From Octopus sinensis (Eukaryota), in NCBI RefSeq assembly GCF_006345805.1, contig NC_043003.1, positions 12,710,001-12,774,000 of the forward strand: a DNA stretch of 64,000 nucleotides, given 5' to 3'. Below, in pieces: positions 1-12,840 of this stretch. The notes under the pieces were generated by a model. It saw only the letters and a list, made by a program, of their open reading frames with translations, was not told the DNA's origin and made no database searches. The position numbers and the translations under genes are program-made. Each line of letters starts with the position of its first letter. Position 1 is the first letter of the stretch.

Positions 1-1527
1 ACATTCTGCGGGCCATGTCAACTTTGGTGTTTATATGAGTGGCCCAGCTTACGTTGTTGTCCACAATTACTCCCAAGTCTCTGATGTTGTTGGACGCCGC
101 GAGAGTTTCACCTGAAGGAAGGGAGTATGGGAGTTTCAGGGCATCCTCTTTTCCAAAGTGGATTAGCTCAAATTATCCTCGTTCAGCAGCATATTGTTTT
201 TTTCTGTCCATTGGATAACAGCCAGTAGATCTGACTGAAGGCATGTCCGGTCACTCGCCTCATTTATGACCTTCTGTAGCTTGAGTCATCTGCAAAGATT
301 TTTATGTTGCTGTGCTTGATGATGTCATTAATGTCATTAATGTAAATGATGAAAAGAAGTGGGCCCAGCACAGTGCCTTGCGGAACGCCACTACTGACTT
401 TGGCTGGGCTTGATTTTACCCCTTCAACTACAACATGTTGAGATTTGTCTGTCAGGAACACTTAATCCATTTCAGTAACTTTCCAGAGACACCAATGTTG
501 GATAGTTTTTTCAATAGGATCTTGTGATCGACCCTGTCGAAGGCCTTACTGAAATCAAGGTAGATGACATCGGTGTTGGAGCCCTCTCCCAAAGCTCTCA
601 AAATGTCCTCAAAGTGATGCAGGAGCTGCGTTAGGCAGTCCCTTCCATTACGGAACCCATGTTGGTTGGAGATCAGCCGTCTGTTGCTTTCCAGAAATTG
701 GGTTATTCGAGATCTCACCACCCTCTCAAATACCTTGATGATATGAGAGGTGAGTGAGATCGGACGGTAATGCACTGCAAGGGACTTGTTTCCCCTTTTT
801 GAAAACTGGGACAACAGACTGGGACAGAAGGTTTTTTGGAATATAGCCAGCATCCAGTGAGTTTCTCCACAGATTAGCAAGGGGAGATGCAAGTTGGTGT
901 CGACACACCTCAGGACACAAGCAGGGAACCTATCGGGGCCTACTGCTGAATTGTGTTTTATTTCGTTTATCGCCGCTAAGACATCAGGGGCACTAAACGT
1001 TATGTCCGATATAGTGTGTTGGGGGTTGACATCACTGATACAGCCCAGATCGGCCATATCAGGATTGCTGAAAACAGAGCAGTATTGTTTCTGCAGTATC
1101 TCGGCCATGGATTTGGCATTATCTTGGAGAGTGCCAGTTTCGTCAATTAGAGGCCTACAGTGGAGACAGTGACCCTGCGTTTCCTCGCAAATGAAAAGAA
1201 CACTTTGGGGTTGAGTTTGATTTTTTCAATGGCCCACTTCTCCTCAGCTGATCTTTGGTATTGATGAGGATCTTCATGCATTGTTGGAGGTTATATTTTT
1301 TGGATTCAAGCAGTGCGATAGCCGTCGAATGTGTGTGTTGCTGTTGGCAGTACTTTAGTTTGTTAATTTTTTTGTTTGTTCTTTTTATTTTTCTGATAAT
1401 GGTTTTTCTGTTTTGGGGGATTCTGCACTTTTTGTTCACAGGTCTTGGTGGGGAGTGTTTTGCACATATGTCTGTGACGGTGTCTACAAAGATCTGCCAA
1501 GATGTTTTATGGTTGGTGGAGATGTGT
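1..1527 (-). mobile_element. Decayed, 5'-truncated non-LTR retrotransposon (CR1/L2-like LINE), ORF2 reverse-transcriptase region with frameshifts
   Basis: Overlapping minus-strand ORFs give RT motifs YRPISLTSHIIKVFER, QHGFR, YLDFSKAFDRVDH, SGVPQGTVLGPLLF and FADD, split across frames. The element runs off the window edge. Confidence 0.92.
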
Positions 1528-1599
1528 AGATCTGCCAAGATGTTTTATGGTTGGTGGAGATGTGTAGATCTGCCAAGATGTTTTATATATATATATATA

Positions 1600-1742
1600 C
1601 GACGGGCTTCTTTCAGTTTCCGTCGACCAAATCCACTCACAAGGCTTTGGTCGGCTCGAGGCTATAGTAGAAGACACTTGCCTAAGGTGCCACGCAGTGG
1701 GACTGAACCCGGAACCTTACCACACAGCCACTCCTGCGCCTA
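1600..1742 (-). mobile_element. SINE family A, 5' part (tRNA-like head plus CCTTGGGCAAGT body)
   Basis: Reverse complement of the head/body seen at 4985-5125. Confidence 0.75.
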
Positions 1743-2423
1743 TAGGCAAAATAGTTATTAAACCAAAGTGAGTTTAGACAAAAATGTCTTTAGACTATAG
1801 TGTATTTATACAAAAGTCACTTTAGACCAAAGTTCTTTAGACCATAGCGCATCAGACCGAAGTGTCTTAGACGAAAAGTCCTAGATCCTATACAAATATG
1901 TGCCTACATATTTGCTCTCGTGTATTTAGGGGAAGTAGCAAAGTCGACCTCAGCAGAATTTGAACTCAGAATGTAGCGGCAGACGAAATACCGCTCAGCA
2001 TTTCACCCGGCGTGCTAACGTTTCTGCCAGCTCGTTGCCATATTTGATGTTGAATGTATTTCTTTAAGCATCTGGCATCCCGATGATTTCGGCTGAAGGG
2101 GGAGAGAGAAGAGAGGGACGTGGAAGATTATATATCACAGTTAATTTTTTTTTTTTTTTGGTACTAATCCGGATGGAACTCGCCCTTCGTTCTGTTATGC
2201 CAACTTCTTGATTTAAAGTGATCTAAATTAAAATGCATCATTAAAATTTCCTGTATGACCAAAATATTTTACTTAATTCTTCATTATTTTCGAAATTAAT
2301 TGAAACAAAACCAGTGCGTTTTAATAGAAATTTGATAAGAGTTGCACGAGACTTTCAAGGGGTTTAAAGATGTGCCTAAGTGTCTCAATGGATTCGTGCC
2401 ATATAGCGTCACGTTCCTAAACG

Positions 2424-2457
2424 TGTGTGTGTGTGTGTGTCTGCGTGCATGTTTATC

Positions 2458-2533
<76 letters not shown>

Positions 2534-2542
2534 CATCTATCC

Positions 2543-2612
<70 letters not shown>

Positions 2613-2890
2613 GTGTGTGTATGTATGTATGTGTGTATGTATATATGTAACTATCTATCTATGTGTGTATGTATGTATGCATGTGTGTATATATGAATGT
2701 ATATCTATCTTCTTGTCTCTGTATGTATGTGTGTATGTATGTATGTATTTGTGTGTATGTATGTGTGTCTATGTATATGTGTGTGTGTGTATGTATGTAT
2801 GTATCTATCTATCTGTCTATCTTCCTGTCTGTGTGAGTATGTATGTATATATGTATGTATGTGCGTGTATGTATGTATGTATCTATCTAT
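2424..2890. repeat. Compound microsatellite (TG/TCTG/TCTA/TATG)
   Basis: Directly visible simple repeats. Confidence 0.95.
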
Positions 2891-2919
2891 ATAACAAGAA
2901 GAGTTAGAAAAAGAGATAG

Positions 2920-2957
<38 letters not shown>

Positions 2958-3335
2958 TGGTGGTGAGAGGTGGGTGATATACATCTTACTACCGATCAGG
3001 CTCATGTGTTGCATGTGTGTGCATGTGTGCCGTGTGTATGTGTATGTGTGTATGCACGTACGTACGTGATAGCGTGTTGCTTGTTTAGTCACGATATTCG
3101 CGTATTGGATCCTCCACGTGGCCTTGTGCGCGTGTCTATGTGAAACTCTATCTTTTAGGAATAAATTGTTTAAGTGCACGCGCATGCGTATATGCGCTTG
3201 TATATGTGTGTGTATAAACATATGTATACGTGTGTGTGGGTGTATATATACACACCACACACATATATATATATATATATATAATATATATATATAAATA
3301 TAATAATATATATTTGTATTATATAATGATATAGG

Positions 3336-3370
<35 letters not shown>

Positions 3371-4410
3371 TATATATATATATAAGATATATATATATAT
3401 TATATATATATATATGCGTTGTATGTGTGTGTGTGAGTGTATGAGTGTGTGTGCTTGTATATGTACGCTTTATGGTAATATATGAGATTACTTGAGCGAG
3501 GGGTGGTGTGAGTGTATATATGTGTGTGTGAGCGTACGCGTGTGAGTGAGTGTATGTGTGTGTTTGAAAAGTTTTATATCGTATCCCTATGTGTATTTTT
3601 GTGCAATTATATATCTAAGTGCATGACTGTGTACGTGTGTACAGTAAGCCTCGCCATATCGCGGTTCACCAATCGCGGTTCATCTATCGCGGTTCATCTA
3701 TCGCGGCTCATTTATCGCTTTCCACTTACAGCGGTTATTATTATGTTTGCGTCGATCCCTCCGTAGTCTCGTTTTGCATTTATAATAAAATAAATATATA
3801 CAAATTATAAGGAAAAAGTATACAGCAGTGGCTGTATGGTAAGTAGCTTGGTTCCGGGTTCAGTCCACTGCGTGGCACCTTGGGCAAGTATCTTCTACTA
3901 TAGCCTCGGCCGACCAAAGCCTTGTGAGTGGATTGGTGGTAGATGGAAACTGAAAGAAGCCCGTCGTATATTTAAATATACATATAATATATGTGCGGGT
4001 GTGTATGTTTGTGTTGTCTATATTTGTCCCCTCACCATCTTCTCTGACAACGATGCTGGTGTGTTTACGTCCCCGTAACTTAGCGGTTCCGCAAAAGAGA
4101 CCGATAGAATAAGTACTAGGCTTACAAAGATTAAGTCCTGGGGTCGATTTGTTCGACTAAAGGTAGTGCTCCAGCATGGCCGCAGTCAAATGACTGAAAC
4201 AAATAAAAGAGTAAAGGAGTAAAAGAGTATCCGTACTGTGTTACTTCGCGGATTTTCAACTATCGCGGGGGTGAGTGGAGGCGTTTGAGACATAACACCG
4301 CGATAGTCGAGGAGGGATACTGATATTTGCGTGTGTGTAGTCACTTGTAGGTATTGTTTGGGTGTGTGTGTGTGTGTGTGTTGTGTGTGTGTGTGTATAT
4401 ATACACACAC

Positions 4411-4472
<62 letters not shown>

Positions 4473-4524
4473 TTGTATATATATATTATATATGTTTTAT
4501 ATATATTATATATATATATATATA

Positions 4525-4575
<51 letters not shown>

Positions 4576-4798
4576 TGTATGTGTGTGTGTGAGTGTATGA
4601 GTTGTGTGTGCTTGTATATGTACGATTTATGGTAATGTATGAGATTACTTGATCGAGGGTGTGTGTGAGTGTATATATGTGTGTGTGAGCGTACGCGTGT
4701 GAGTGTATGTATGTGTGTGTTTGAAAAGTTTTATATCGTATCCCTATGTGTATTTTTGTGCAATTATATATCTAAGTGCATGACTGTGTACGTGTGTA

Positions 4799-5481
4799 CA
4801 GTAATGCCTCGCCATATCGCGGTTCACCAATCGCGGTTCATCTATCGCGGTTCATCTATCGCGGCTCATTTATCGCTTTCCACTTACAGCGGTTTATTAT
4901 TTATGTTTGCGTCGATCCCTCCGTAGTCTCGTTTTGCATTTATAATAAAATAAATATATACAAATTATAAGGAAAAAGTATACAGCAGTGGCTGTATGGT
5001 AAGTAGCTTGGTTCCGGGTTCAGTCCACTGCGTGGCACCTTGGGCAAGTATCTTCTACTATAGCCTCGGGCCGACCAAAGCCTTGTGAGTGGATTTGGTA
5101 GATGGAAACTGAAAGAAGCCCGTCGTATATTTAAATATACATATATATATATGTGCGGGTGTGTATGTTTGTGTGTCTATATTTGTCCCCTCACCATCTC
5201 TTGACAACCGATGCTGGTGTGTTTACGTCCCCGTAACTTAGCGGTTCCGCAAAAGAGAACCGATAGAATAAGTACTAGGCTTACAAAGATTAAGTCCTGG
5301 GGTCGATTTGTTCGACTAAAGGTAGTGCTCCAGCATGGCCGCAGTCAAATGACTGAAACAAATAAAAGAGTAAAGGAGTAAAAGAGTATCCGTACTGTTT
5401 CTACTTCGCGGATTTTCAACTATCGCGGGGGTGAGTGGAGGCGTTTGAGACATAACACCCGCGATAGTCGAGGGATTACTG
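4799..5481. mobile_element. pogo/Tigger-like MITE (second copy at 3642-4322) with nested SINE
   Basis: Left end TA|CAGTAATGCCTCGCCATATCGCGG and right end CCGCGATAGTCGAGGGATTACTG are inverted; 14-bp ATCGCGGTTCA subterminal repeats. Confidence 0.7.
4985..5389 (+). mobile_element. SINE family A, full length, with internal TA/TG microsatellite and AAAAGAGT-type tail
   Basis: GTGGCTGTATGGTAAG head, GGGTTCAGTCC B-box-like motif, body shared with many copies in the window. Confidence 0.8.
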
Positions 5482-5512
5482 ATATTTGCGTGTGTGTAGT
5501 CACTTGTATGTA

Positions 5513-5560
<48 letters not shown>

Positions 5561-5769
5561 TGACAAATACTCATCCTGCTACCTTATTTATATACAGACA
5601 TCCAAATGCATATTTGCATATATATATACACATACATATGAATTGTACTCATCCATATAGAGTTACACACACACACACACACACACCTGTATAAAGTAAA
5701 CAAGAAAAACAACAAAAAGCAAATAGTAATTGAAGTTGGCCGTATTGATTTGCCCGATAAGTAGATTGG

Positions 5770-6410
5770 ATGTGGGGGTTGGTGGTGGTGGTACTGATGG
5801 TGGTGATGGTAATAGTGGTGGTGGTGTTAGTGGTGGTGTTTGTGGTTGTGGTGTGGGGGCAGTAATGGTGACAGTGGTGGTTGTGGTGTGGGGGCAGTGG
5901 TAGTTGGTAGCGGTGGTGGTGCTGTTTGTGGTATAGGGGATGATGGTAGTGATGGTGGTAGTAATGTTGGTGATAGTGTTAGTGGTGGTGGCGGTGGTAA
6001 TGATGGTGGTAATGGGGATAGTGGTGGTGGTGTTAGTGGTAGTGGTGGTAGTGTGGGTGTAGCGGTGATGGTGGGGTGTGGGGGCAGTGGTGGCAGTGAT
6101 AGTGTTAGTGGTGGTGGTGTTGGTGATAGTGATGGTAGTGGTGATGGTGGTGGTAGTGGTGATGGTGGTGGTAGTGGTGGTGGTGCTGCTGTCTGTGTGT
6201 GTATGTATGTGTGTATAGGGGATGATGGTAGAGGCGGTGATGGTGGTGGTAGTGGTGGTGGTGGTGGTGGTGGTGCTGCTGCTGCTGTCTGTGTGTGTAT
6301 GTATGTGTGTATAGGGGATGATGGTAGAGGTGGTGGTGGTGGTGGTGGTGGTGGTGGTGGTGGTGGTGGTGGTGGTGGTGATGGAGGTGGTGGTGGTGGT
6401 GGTATTGGTT
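5770..6410. repeat. (GGT/GAT)n low-complexity tract
   Basis: Degenerate trinucleotide repeat; source of the poly-Gly ORF. Confidence 0.9.
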
Positions 6411-6434
6411 ACTAATGTATGTCTCTTAATCTCT

Positions 6435-6840
6435 TATGTGTTTCAGTCATGGGACTGCGACCATTCTGGAGCTCTTTGACGAAGGGTTTTAGTCGTACAA
6501 ATAGTCCAGTCTCTTTAAAAAAAATAGTTTGGTGTTTATTCTACCATTCTCTCTTGCCACACTGCAAAGTTACGAGGATGTAACCAAACCAACTCTGTTG
6601 AATGACAGACTCAAACACAAAAGCCCACATACGCACGCAGACACACGCAGACACACATACACACACACACACACACACGCACACACACACACAGACATAC
6701 ATGGGTGTTCGAAGCAGTTTCTATCAACAAAGGCATTGGTCAGCCTGGAATTATAGTAGAAGACACATGCCCAAAATGCCGCACAGTGGGACTGAACCCT
6801 AAACCGCGTCATTGCAAGTGAGTTTGATGACCACACAGTC
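6435..6840 (-). mobile_element. SINE family A, diverged
   Basis: Reverse-complement similarity to 4985-5389 with an internal (CA)n. Confidence 0.65.
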
Positions 6841-6996
6841 AACATTGGTGGATAAATATTCTTTACTCGTGGAATAACAAGGCTACCAATGGTTTCATGT
6901 AGAGCGATTTATTCAAGTATACATCATTGGCACTCGTCTCAGCTTGGATGAGAATGTATACATATATATGTATGTACATCTGCACATATATGTGTA

Positions 6997-7058
<62 letters not shown>

Positions 7059-7756
7059 GGAACACACTCATAAATACACACTTCGTACTCTCCCTCTCTC
7101 TTACACACACCTTGATTAAAGCTATCGGATATTTCATTATCAGATGAAGGTAAAACAATTTTGATGTAGACAGGTTTTTTTTCTTTGTTCGATTATTGTT
7201 GGAATAAATATTTAGAAATATATTTAAAAGTCTGTCATCTTGCATATATAGAAAATTAATTCTTTGAACTAATAAAATATATGTGTCTACTTTATTGTGT
7301 ACGCTGGCGATTCTGGTTCGAAATCCAACTAGGATCTTTTCTATCTGACTACCACATTTCAGTTTCTGCAATTTTATTTCAATTGATTTTATATTTGGTG
7401 AGGTGATGTAGTTTTGTATGGTTATCATTTCCATGAAATTCATTTTCGCCATAAATCAATGGATAAAGAGTTAACAGCTTTTAAAGTTTGCAAATGTATA
7501 ATTTTAGCCAATTGAAAGCCACAGACATATATCTGCCTTATTACTGTAACGCTAACTTCTTAAATACGCCACTAAATATGTTCACTTAAACAGACTGCTG
7601 TATGTAATAAAGACAGTTAAGATTGTCTGCTGTGAGCATTAATTGTGCGACGCTTCAAATACTATTTTAATCTCCTAATTATTTCTTTCTTCTCTGACTG
7701 CATCTGTCACTGTCTGTCTGCCAGTCTGTCTGTGCCATTTACATATATATATGTAT

Positions 7757-7920
7757 AGGCGCAGGCATGTCTTTGTGGTGAGGAAGCGTTCTTCGCAACC
7801 ACGTGGTTTCGAATTCAGGGCCCATCGCGCGGCACCTTAGGCAAGTATCTTCTACCAAAGCTCTGGAAACTGTGGGAAGCCTGTCATATACATATACATA
7901 TATATATGTATGTATATATA

Positions 7921-8016
<96 letters not shown>

Positions 8017-8222
8017 GTGTGTGTGTGTGTGTTTGCCCTCCATCCCGCTTGACAACCGGTGTTGGTTTGCTAATGACCCCATCACTTAACGGTTCAGCAA
8101 AAGAAGCGATAGAATAAATACTAGAATTAAAAAAAAGAAAAAAGAACAAAGATTTGGGGTGGACTTGTTCGACGAAAACCCCAGTATGGCCACCGTCTAA
8201 TAACTGAAACAAATAAAAAAGA
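7757..8222 (+). mobile_element. SINE family A, diverged
   Basis: Head, internal (TA)n/(TG)n and tail matching 4985-5389. Confidence 0.7.
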
Positions 8223-8255
8223 ATACACCTAGGTATACACACACACACACACATA

Positions 8256-9466
8256 GTGGGTTGGCAAGAATGTAATTTCGGTTTTTTAGTCTGAAATAAA
8301 AGTCATGTTTTTAATACAAAGAATGAACTTTAATCAATTATATATTTTCCATTTTATTCGATAGCCTTTTTTTTTTTATCTTTCTGGCAAATTCATGATT
8401 CTGCGCTCATAGAAATTCTGGTCCTTATCTGCCAAAAACAGAAGCAAGTGCGATTTCAGATCATCATCATTATTGAAAGTTTTATCATTCAAAAATTTTG
8501 CAAACTTCGAAATGAATGGTCATTTGGTGGTGCAAGGTCAGGGCTTTATTGTGGATGTGATATCAGTTCTCAGCCAAGCTAGCGTTGTCATGATGGAACA
8601 CGATTCCTTTACGATTTGCCAATTCAGACCGTTTTTCATTGAATGCTTTCTCTAGTTTTCATTAGTTGTTGACAGTAAACATCTGAATTGATCGTTTGAT
8701 TCCTTGGAAGCAGCGCAAAATACACAACACCTTTGTAATCCCACCAAATTGATAGCATGACCTTTTTTTATGCAATTCAGCTTTCGATGTGGTTTGTGCT
8801 GGTTCATTACGCTTGGACCATGATCGTTTTCGATTGATGTTATTGTAGACAATCCATTTTCCCTCACCAGTGATGATTCGTTCAAAAAAAAAAAGGTCGA
8901 TTTCATTGCGTTTGAGATGCCTATCGCAAGTATTGATTCGTTGTGTTAAGTGAATCTCTTTCGATTTATGTGGAACCCAAATATCGAGCTTCTTAACGAG
9001 TCCAAGACATTTTAAGTGATTTTCAATTGTTGTGTGTGATATATTTAACCTCTCTGCAATCTTTTGCACAGTTATATATGACAATCAGATTTAATTATGG
9101 CTTTTATTTGCTCATCATCAACTTCAGTAGGTCGACCAGAACGTTGGTCATCTTTGAGTGAAAAATCTCCAGAACGGAATTTTTAAAACCATTTCTGACA
9201 TGTGCGTTCTATTAAGCAATCAATATCATAAACTTCACATATCTCTTTGTGAGACTCAACAGCTTTCTTGCCTTTACTGAAAAAAAAAAAAGAAGCAAAA
9301 TATGACACTGAACTAACAGCTGTAAACGAAATTACGCGCTTCTAAGGGAAGCTGAAAGTAACGGATGTCAAAAGGGAAAAAAAATCATAACATTGACAAA
9401 AGCCATTCCAAAAAATTGTAACTTTATCTATTTGCGAAAAACGAAATTACTTTCTTACCAACCCAA
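8256..9466 (-). mobile_element. Near-full-length decayed mariner transposon (mellifera-like)
   Basis: TIRs GTGGGTTGGCAAGAATGTAATTTCG and CGAAATTACTTTCTTACCAACCCAA with flanking TA; transposase pieces WVPH, IITG(D>E)xKWIVYNN and RKRSWSKRNEPAQTTSKAELH with frameshifts. Confidence 0.92.
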
Positions 9467-10006
9467 TATATATATATATGTGTGTGTGTGTGTGGTGTGT
9501 GTGTGTGTGTGTGTGTTTCAAATTTTGACACAAGGCCAGCACTTGTGTTAAGTCAATTACATCGACCCCAGTGTTCAACTGGTACTTATTTTATCTCCCC
9601 GTAAAGGATGAAAGGCAAACCAACCTCGGCGGCATCTGAACTCGGAACGTGAAGACGGACAAAATGCCACGAGCCGATGTTCTAACAATTCTGCCAGCTT
9701 GCCATATATATATCTTTTATCTTCTACTTGTTTCAGTCATAAGACTACGACCATGCTGGGGCAACGCCTTGAATTTTTAGTCGAATGAATCGACCCCAGG
9801 ACTTATTTTTTAAGCCTGATACTTATTGTATCGGTTTCTTTTGCCGAACCGCTGATTTACGGGAATGTAAACACACCAACACCGGTTGTCAAGCGGTGAT
9901 GGGGGATTAACAGAAACACACACACATATATAAATAATATATATATGCATATATATATATATATATGTATGTATGTGTGTATGTGCGTGTGTGTGTGTGA
10001 ATACAC

Positions 10007-10740
10007 ATGCATATATGGGTACAGGACGTCACCAACAGTAAATATAAATTACGAAAGCAAATGAGTTCGATACGCAAACAACGAGAGAAACAAATGGAAA
10101 ACAGGACAAGTAACACAAAGAACGACCCTTCATCAGTTGTCGGCTTTCTCTCTACTCCCCATTTTGAGCATTCTCTACTTTATACTCTTTTTTCTCTCAT
10201 CCTTCTCTAATTCCCTTTGTTCCTTTCCTCAACCATTTTCTATCTGTCTCTCTTTCTCTCCCTCTTTTTGTTTCTCTCCCTCATTGCTCACACGTGACCA
10301 CCGCCCATCTTTCTCTGCCTCACGTAATCATCTTTATTTTCTTTCAGGACTGTCTTAAGGACAGCACGTATCTTATCTCTCTCTTCTATCTTTTCTCTTG
10401 TCAAAGAAAATATTTCTTCAGCGTTCCGGTCTAACGACCCTCCATGTTAGTTTTCGTTCGGTTTCCTTGTATGTCTCCACTATCCTGTTTTTGTTCCCAA
10501 TTTTGATCCTACATAAATCCCAAATTTTATTTTGGTACTTATGGGAACAACTGTATTCGAAGACTCATATTGTCGTTCAGTACTCGAAATAGGGAGTATA
10601 TAAACAGCCGACAATTGATAAAGGGTCGTTCTTTATGTTGTCTTGCTTCCCATTTGTTTCTCTTGTTGTTTGCATATTGAACTCATTTGCTTTCGTATTT
10701 CATGTTTACTGTTGGTGACGTCCTGTACCCATATATGCAT
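10007..10740. mobile_element. Element with ~160-bp inverted arms pointing outward (Penelope-like geometry)
   Basis: 10007-10170 is the reverse complement of 10581-10740; the ORF track shows similar peptides on opposite strands (9907..10116 - and 10643..10984 +). Confidence 0.7.
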
Positions 10741-10756
10741 TATGTGTGTGTGTATG

Positions 10757-10847
<91 letters not shown>

Positions 10848-10851
10848 TATA

Positions 10852-10951
10852 NNNNNNNNNNNNNNNNNNNNNNNNNNNNNNNNNNNNNNNNNNNNNNNNN
10901 NNNNNNNNNNNNNNNNNNNNNNNNNNNNNNNNNNNNNNNNNNNNNNNNNNN
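10852..10951. other. Assembly gap (100 N)
   Basis: Run of N flanked by microsatellites. Confidence 1.
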
Positions 10952-11380
10952 CCTCTCTCTCCACTCTCTCTGCCTCCCTTATAAACCGAGGGGTCCGCCG
11001 CCTTTGATGCAGTCAGATCGATATTGTTTCTTATCGCCTTAAACAAAGCCGTGATGCTGTGTGGAGTGTTGCTGAATTAGAGACGTATCAAGTATTGATT
11101 GGGAAATAAATGAGCGTTGTTTAAAGTGTGATAAGGAATCTGACAACGACGTCGATAAAGGAAATCAGGGAGAGATACACCCCCCACCACCCACCACTCC
11201 CACCATCAGCTTACATACACTTGAATTAACCTGAGGGTTTATATATATATACATCACCATATATATGTGTGTGTGTGTGTGTGAAGTATATACGTATATA
11301 TTATATATATATATATATAATATATATATATATATACATACATACATAATATATATATACATATATATAATACATATATA

Positions 11381-11425
<45 letters not shown>

Positions 11426-11549
11426 ACATATTACACATAAACATATACATAATATGTTAGAGATTGATGTATATCTATGTGGTGTATGTTAACTGTGTGT
11501 GTAAGTATATACGTATATATATATATATAATATATATCTATTATATATA

Positions 11550-11594
<45 letters not shown>

Positions 11595-12029
11595 CATACA
11601 TAATTAATATATACATATATATATATACATATATATAATATATATATATATATTATGTATATATATAGATACATTATACACATATCAACATTATACATAT
11701 AGGGTATAGATGTTGTTATCTATGTGAGGTATGCTAACTGTGGTGTAAGTATATATGTATATATATATATTATATATATAATATATATATATCTATATAT
11801 ATATATATATATATATATGATGTATGTTTATGTAAATGTGTGTGTGTGTGTGTTGTGCGCGGTATATTATGTATTTGCACTCAGACTCGGTTCGCAATAT
11901 AAGCACTGATATATATAACTATATTCCTGTGTACATGTGTGTGTGTGCGTGAGTGCGCGCGCATGTGTGTGTAATAAACGCAAACGCATGCACATACACA
12001 TACATGTGCATATACATACACATGTGCAC

Positions 12030-12140
12030 AACCATATCGAACTAACAGCGGAAATCAAGGCAATCCAGTGTCACTACACAAAGAAGATTGACTCGGTGCA
12101 ACAAATGAGCTACAGGGAGAGGCTATAAGTAATGAAGTAA
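12030..12140 (+). mobile_element. Short CR1/L2-like LINE ORF2 C-terminal fragment
   Basis: Translates to EIKAIQCHYTKKIDSVQQMSYRERL, resembling the E.VQR.FTK.I....LSY.ERL motif. Confidence 0.6.
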
Positions 12141-12467
12141 TGAAGATCTAGCCCAGGGATAGGGAAACCCTTGCCCGCAGGCGCAGTTTCGCCAGCATGC
12201 CCATTTTATTGCGCCCGCAGGCTTATATACTCGTATGTACAAAATACAGTAAAGTTTTCAATTATGAAATTTATACAATGCTCGCATGCCTATTTGCGAC
12301 ATAGGTTGCCTTTTCCCCACGACTTAAAACTGTTAGTCTCGAACAGAAAATCGTCCGGCAATTTCCATTTGAACGGAAGTTTTGTTTTCACTATAAAACA
12401 GATATTGCTAAGTTTGTACCGCCCCTCCACTGAGACCCAACTACACTCTAGCTGAAAAATATAGAAT

Positions 12468-12836
12468 ACCTCTTTGACTGACAGATTAAAAAAATAATTT
12501 TTTGTAACTAAACACTTTCAAACTTAGTATACTGGTAGAATGTGTCACATAAAACATCTTTTACTCTTGGCGTTGTTGAGAAAATTCTGTATTTTGAAAG
12601 TTATTTCTTGTTAAAGTTGTCGTATTTCGGTAATTTCAACCAATCAATGACGTGTATTCAGCTGAATAGAATTACTGCCGTGGTTTGTCAATAACAACTA
12701 TCGGCAGTGTATATTTCGTTTGTCACTGTTATTTATGACATATTTCATCTCAGTTACGTTTGTATGAATAAACGAGTGAAAGTGTTTAGTTACAAAAAAT
12801 TATTGTTTAAATCTGTCGGTCAAAAGGTAAAGATCC
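12468..12836. mobile_element. MITE with ~50-bp TIRs (partial second copy, inverted, at ~56697-56877)
   Basis: CTTTGACTGACAGATTAAAAAAATAATTTTTTGTAACTAAACACTTT is the inverse of AAAGTGTTTAGTTACAAAAAATTATTGTTTAAATCTGTCGGTCAAAAG. Confidence 0.8.
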
Positions 12837-12840
12837 GTGT

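Larger units (their letters stand above)
3410..5510. repeat. Tandem duplication with ~1157-bp period
   Basis: GAGATTACTTGA at 3484 and 4641; the whole block, including MITE and SINE, is repeated and differs mostly by small indels. Confidence 0.9.

Noticed and set aside
1760-1888. Degenerate 15-17-bp TAGACCAAAGT repeats
   Set aside because: Probably subterminal repeats of a DNA-transposon remnant, but no partner end was found
2342-4635. ORFs rich in YLSI, CVCV or YIYI (also at 11-12, 16.5-17.2, 20.2-20.8 and 21.7-22 kb)
   Set aside because: Translations of microsatellites with no protein homology
5840-6415. 191-aa glycine-rich ORF
   Set aside because: (GGT)n low-complexity DNA with a non-ATG start and no exon context
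6913-7452. 179-aa minus-strand ORF
   Set aside because: AT-rich, runs into microsatellite, and has no recognisable domain; at most a decayed retroelement piece
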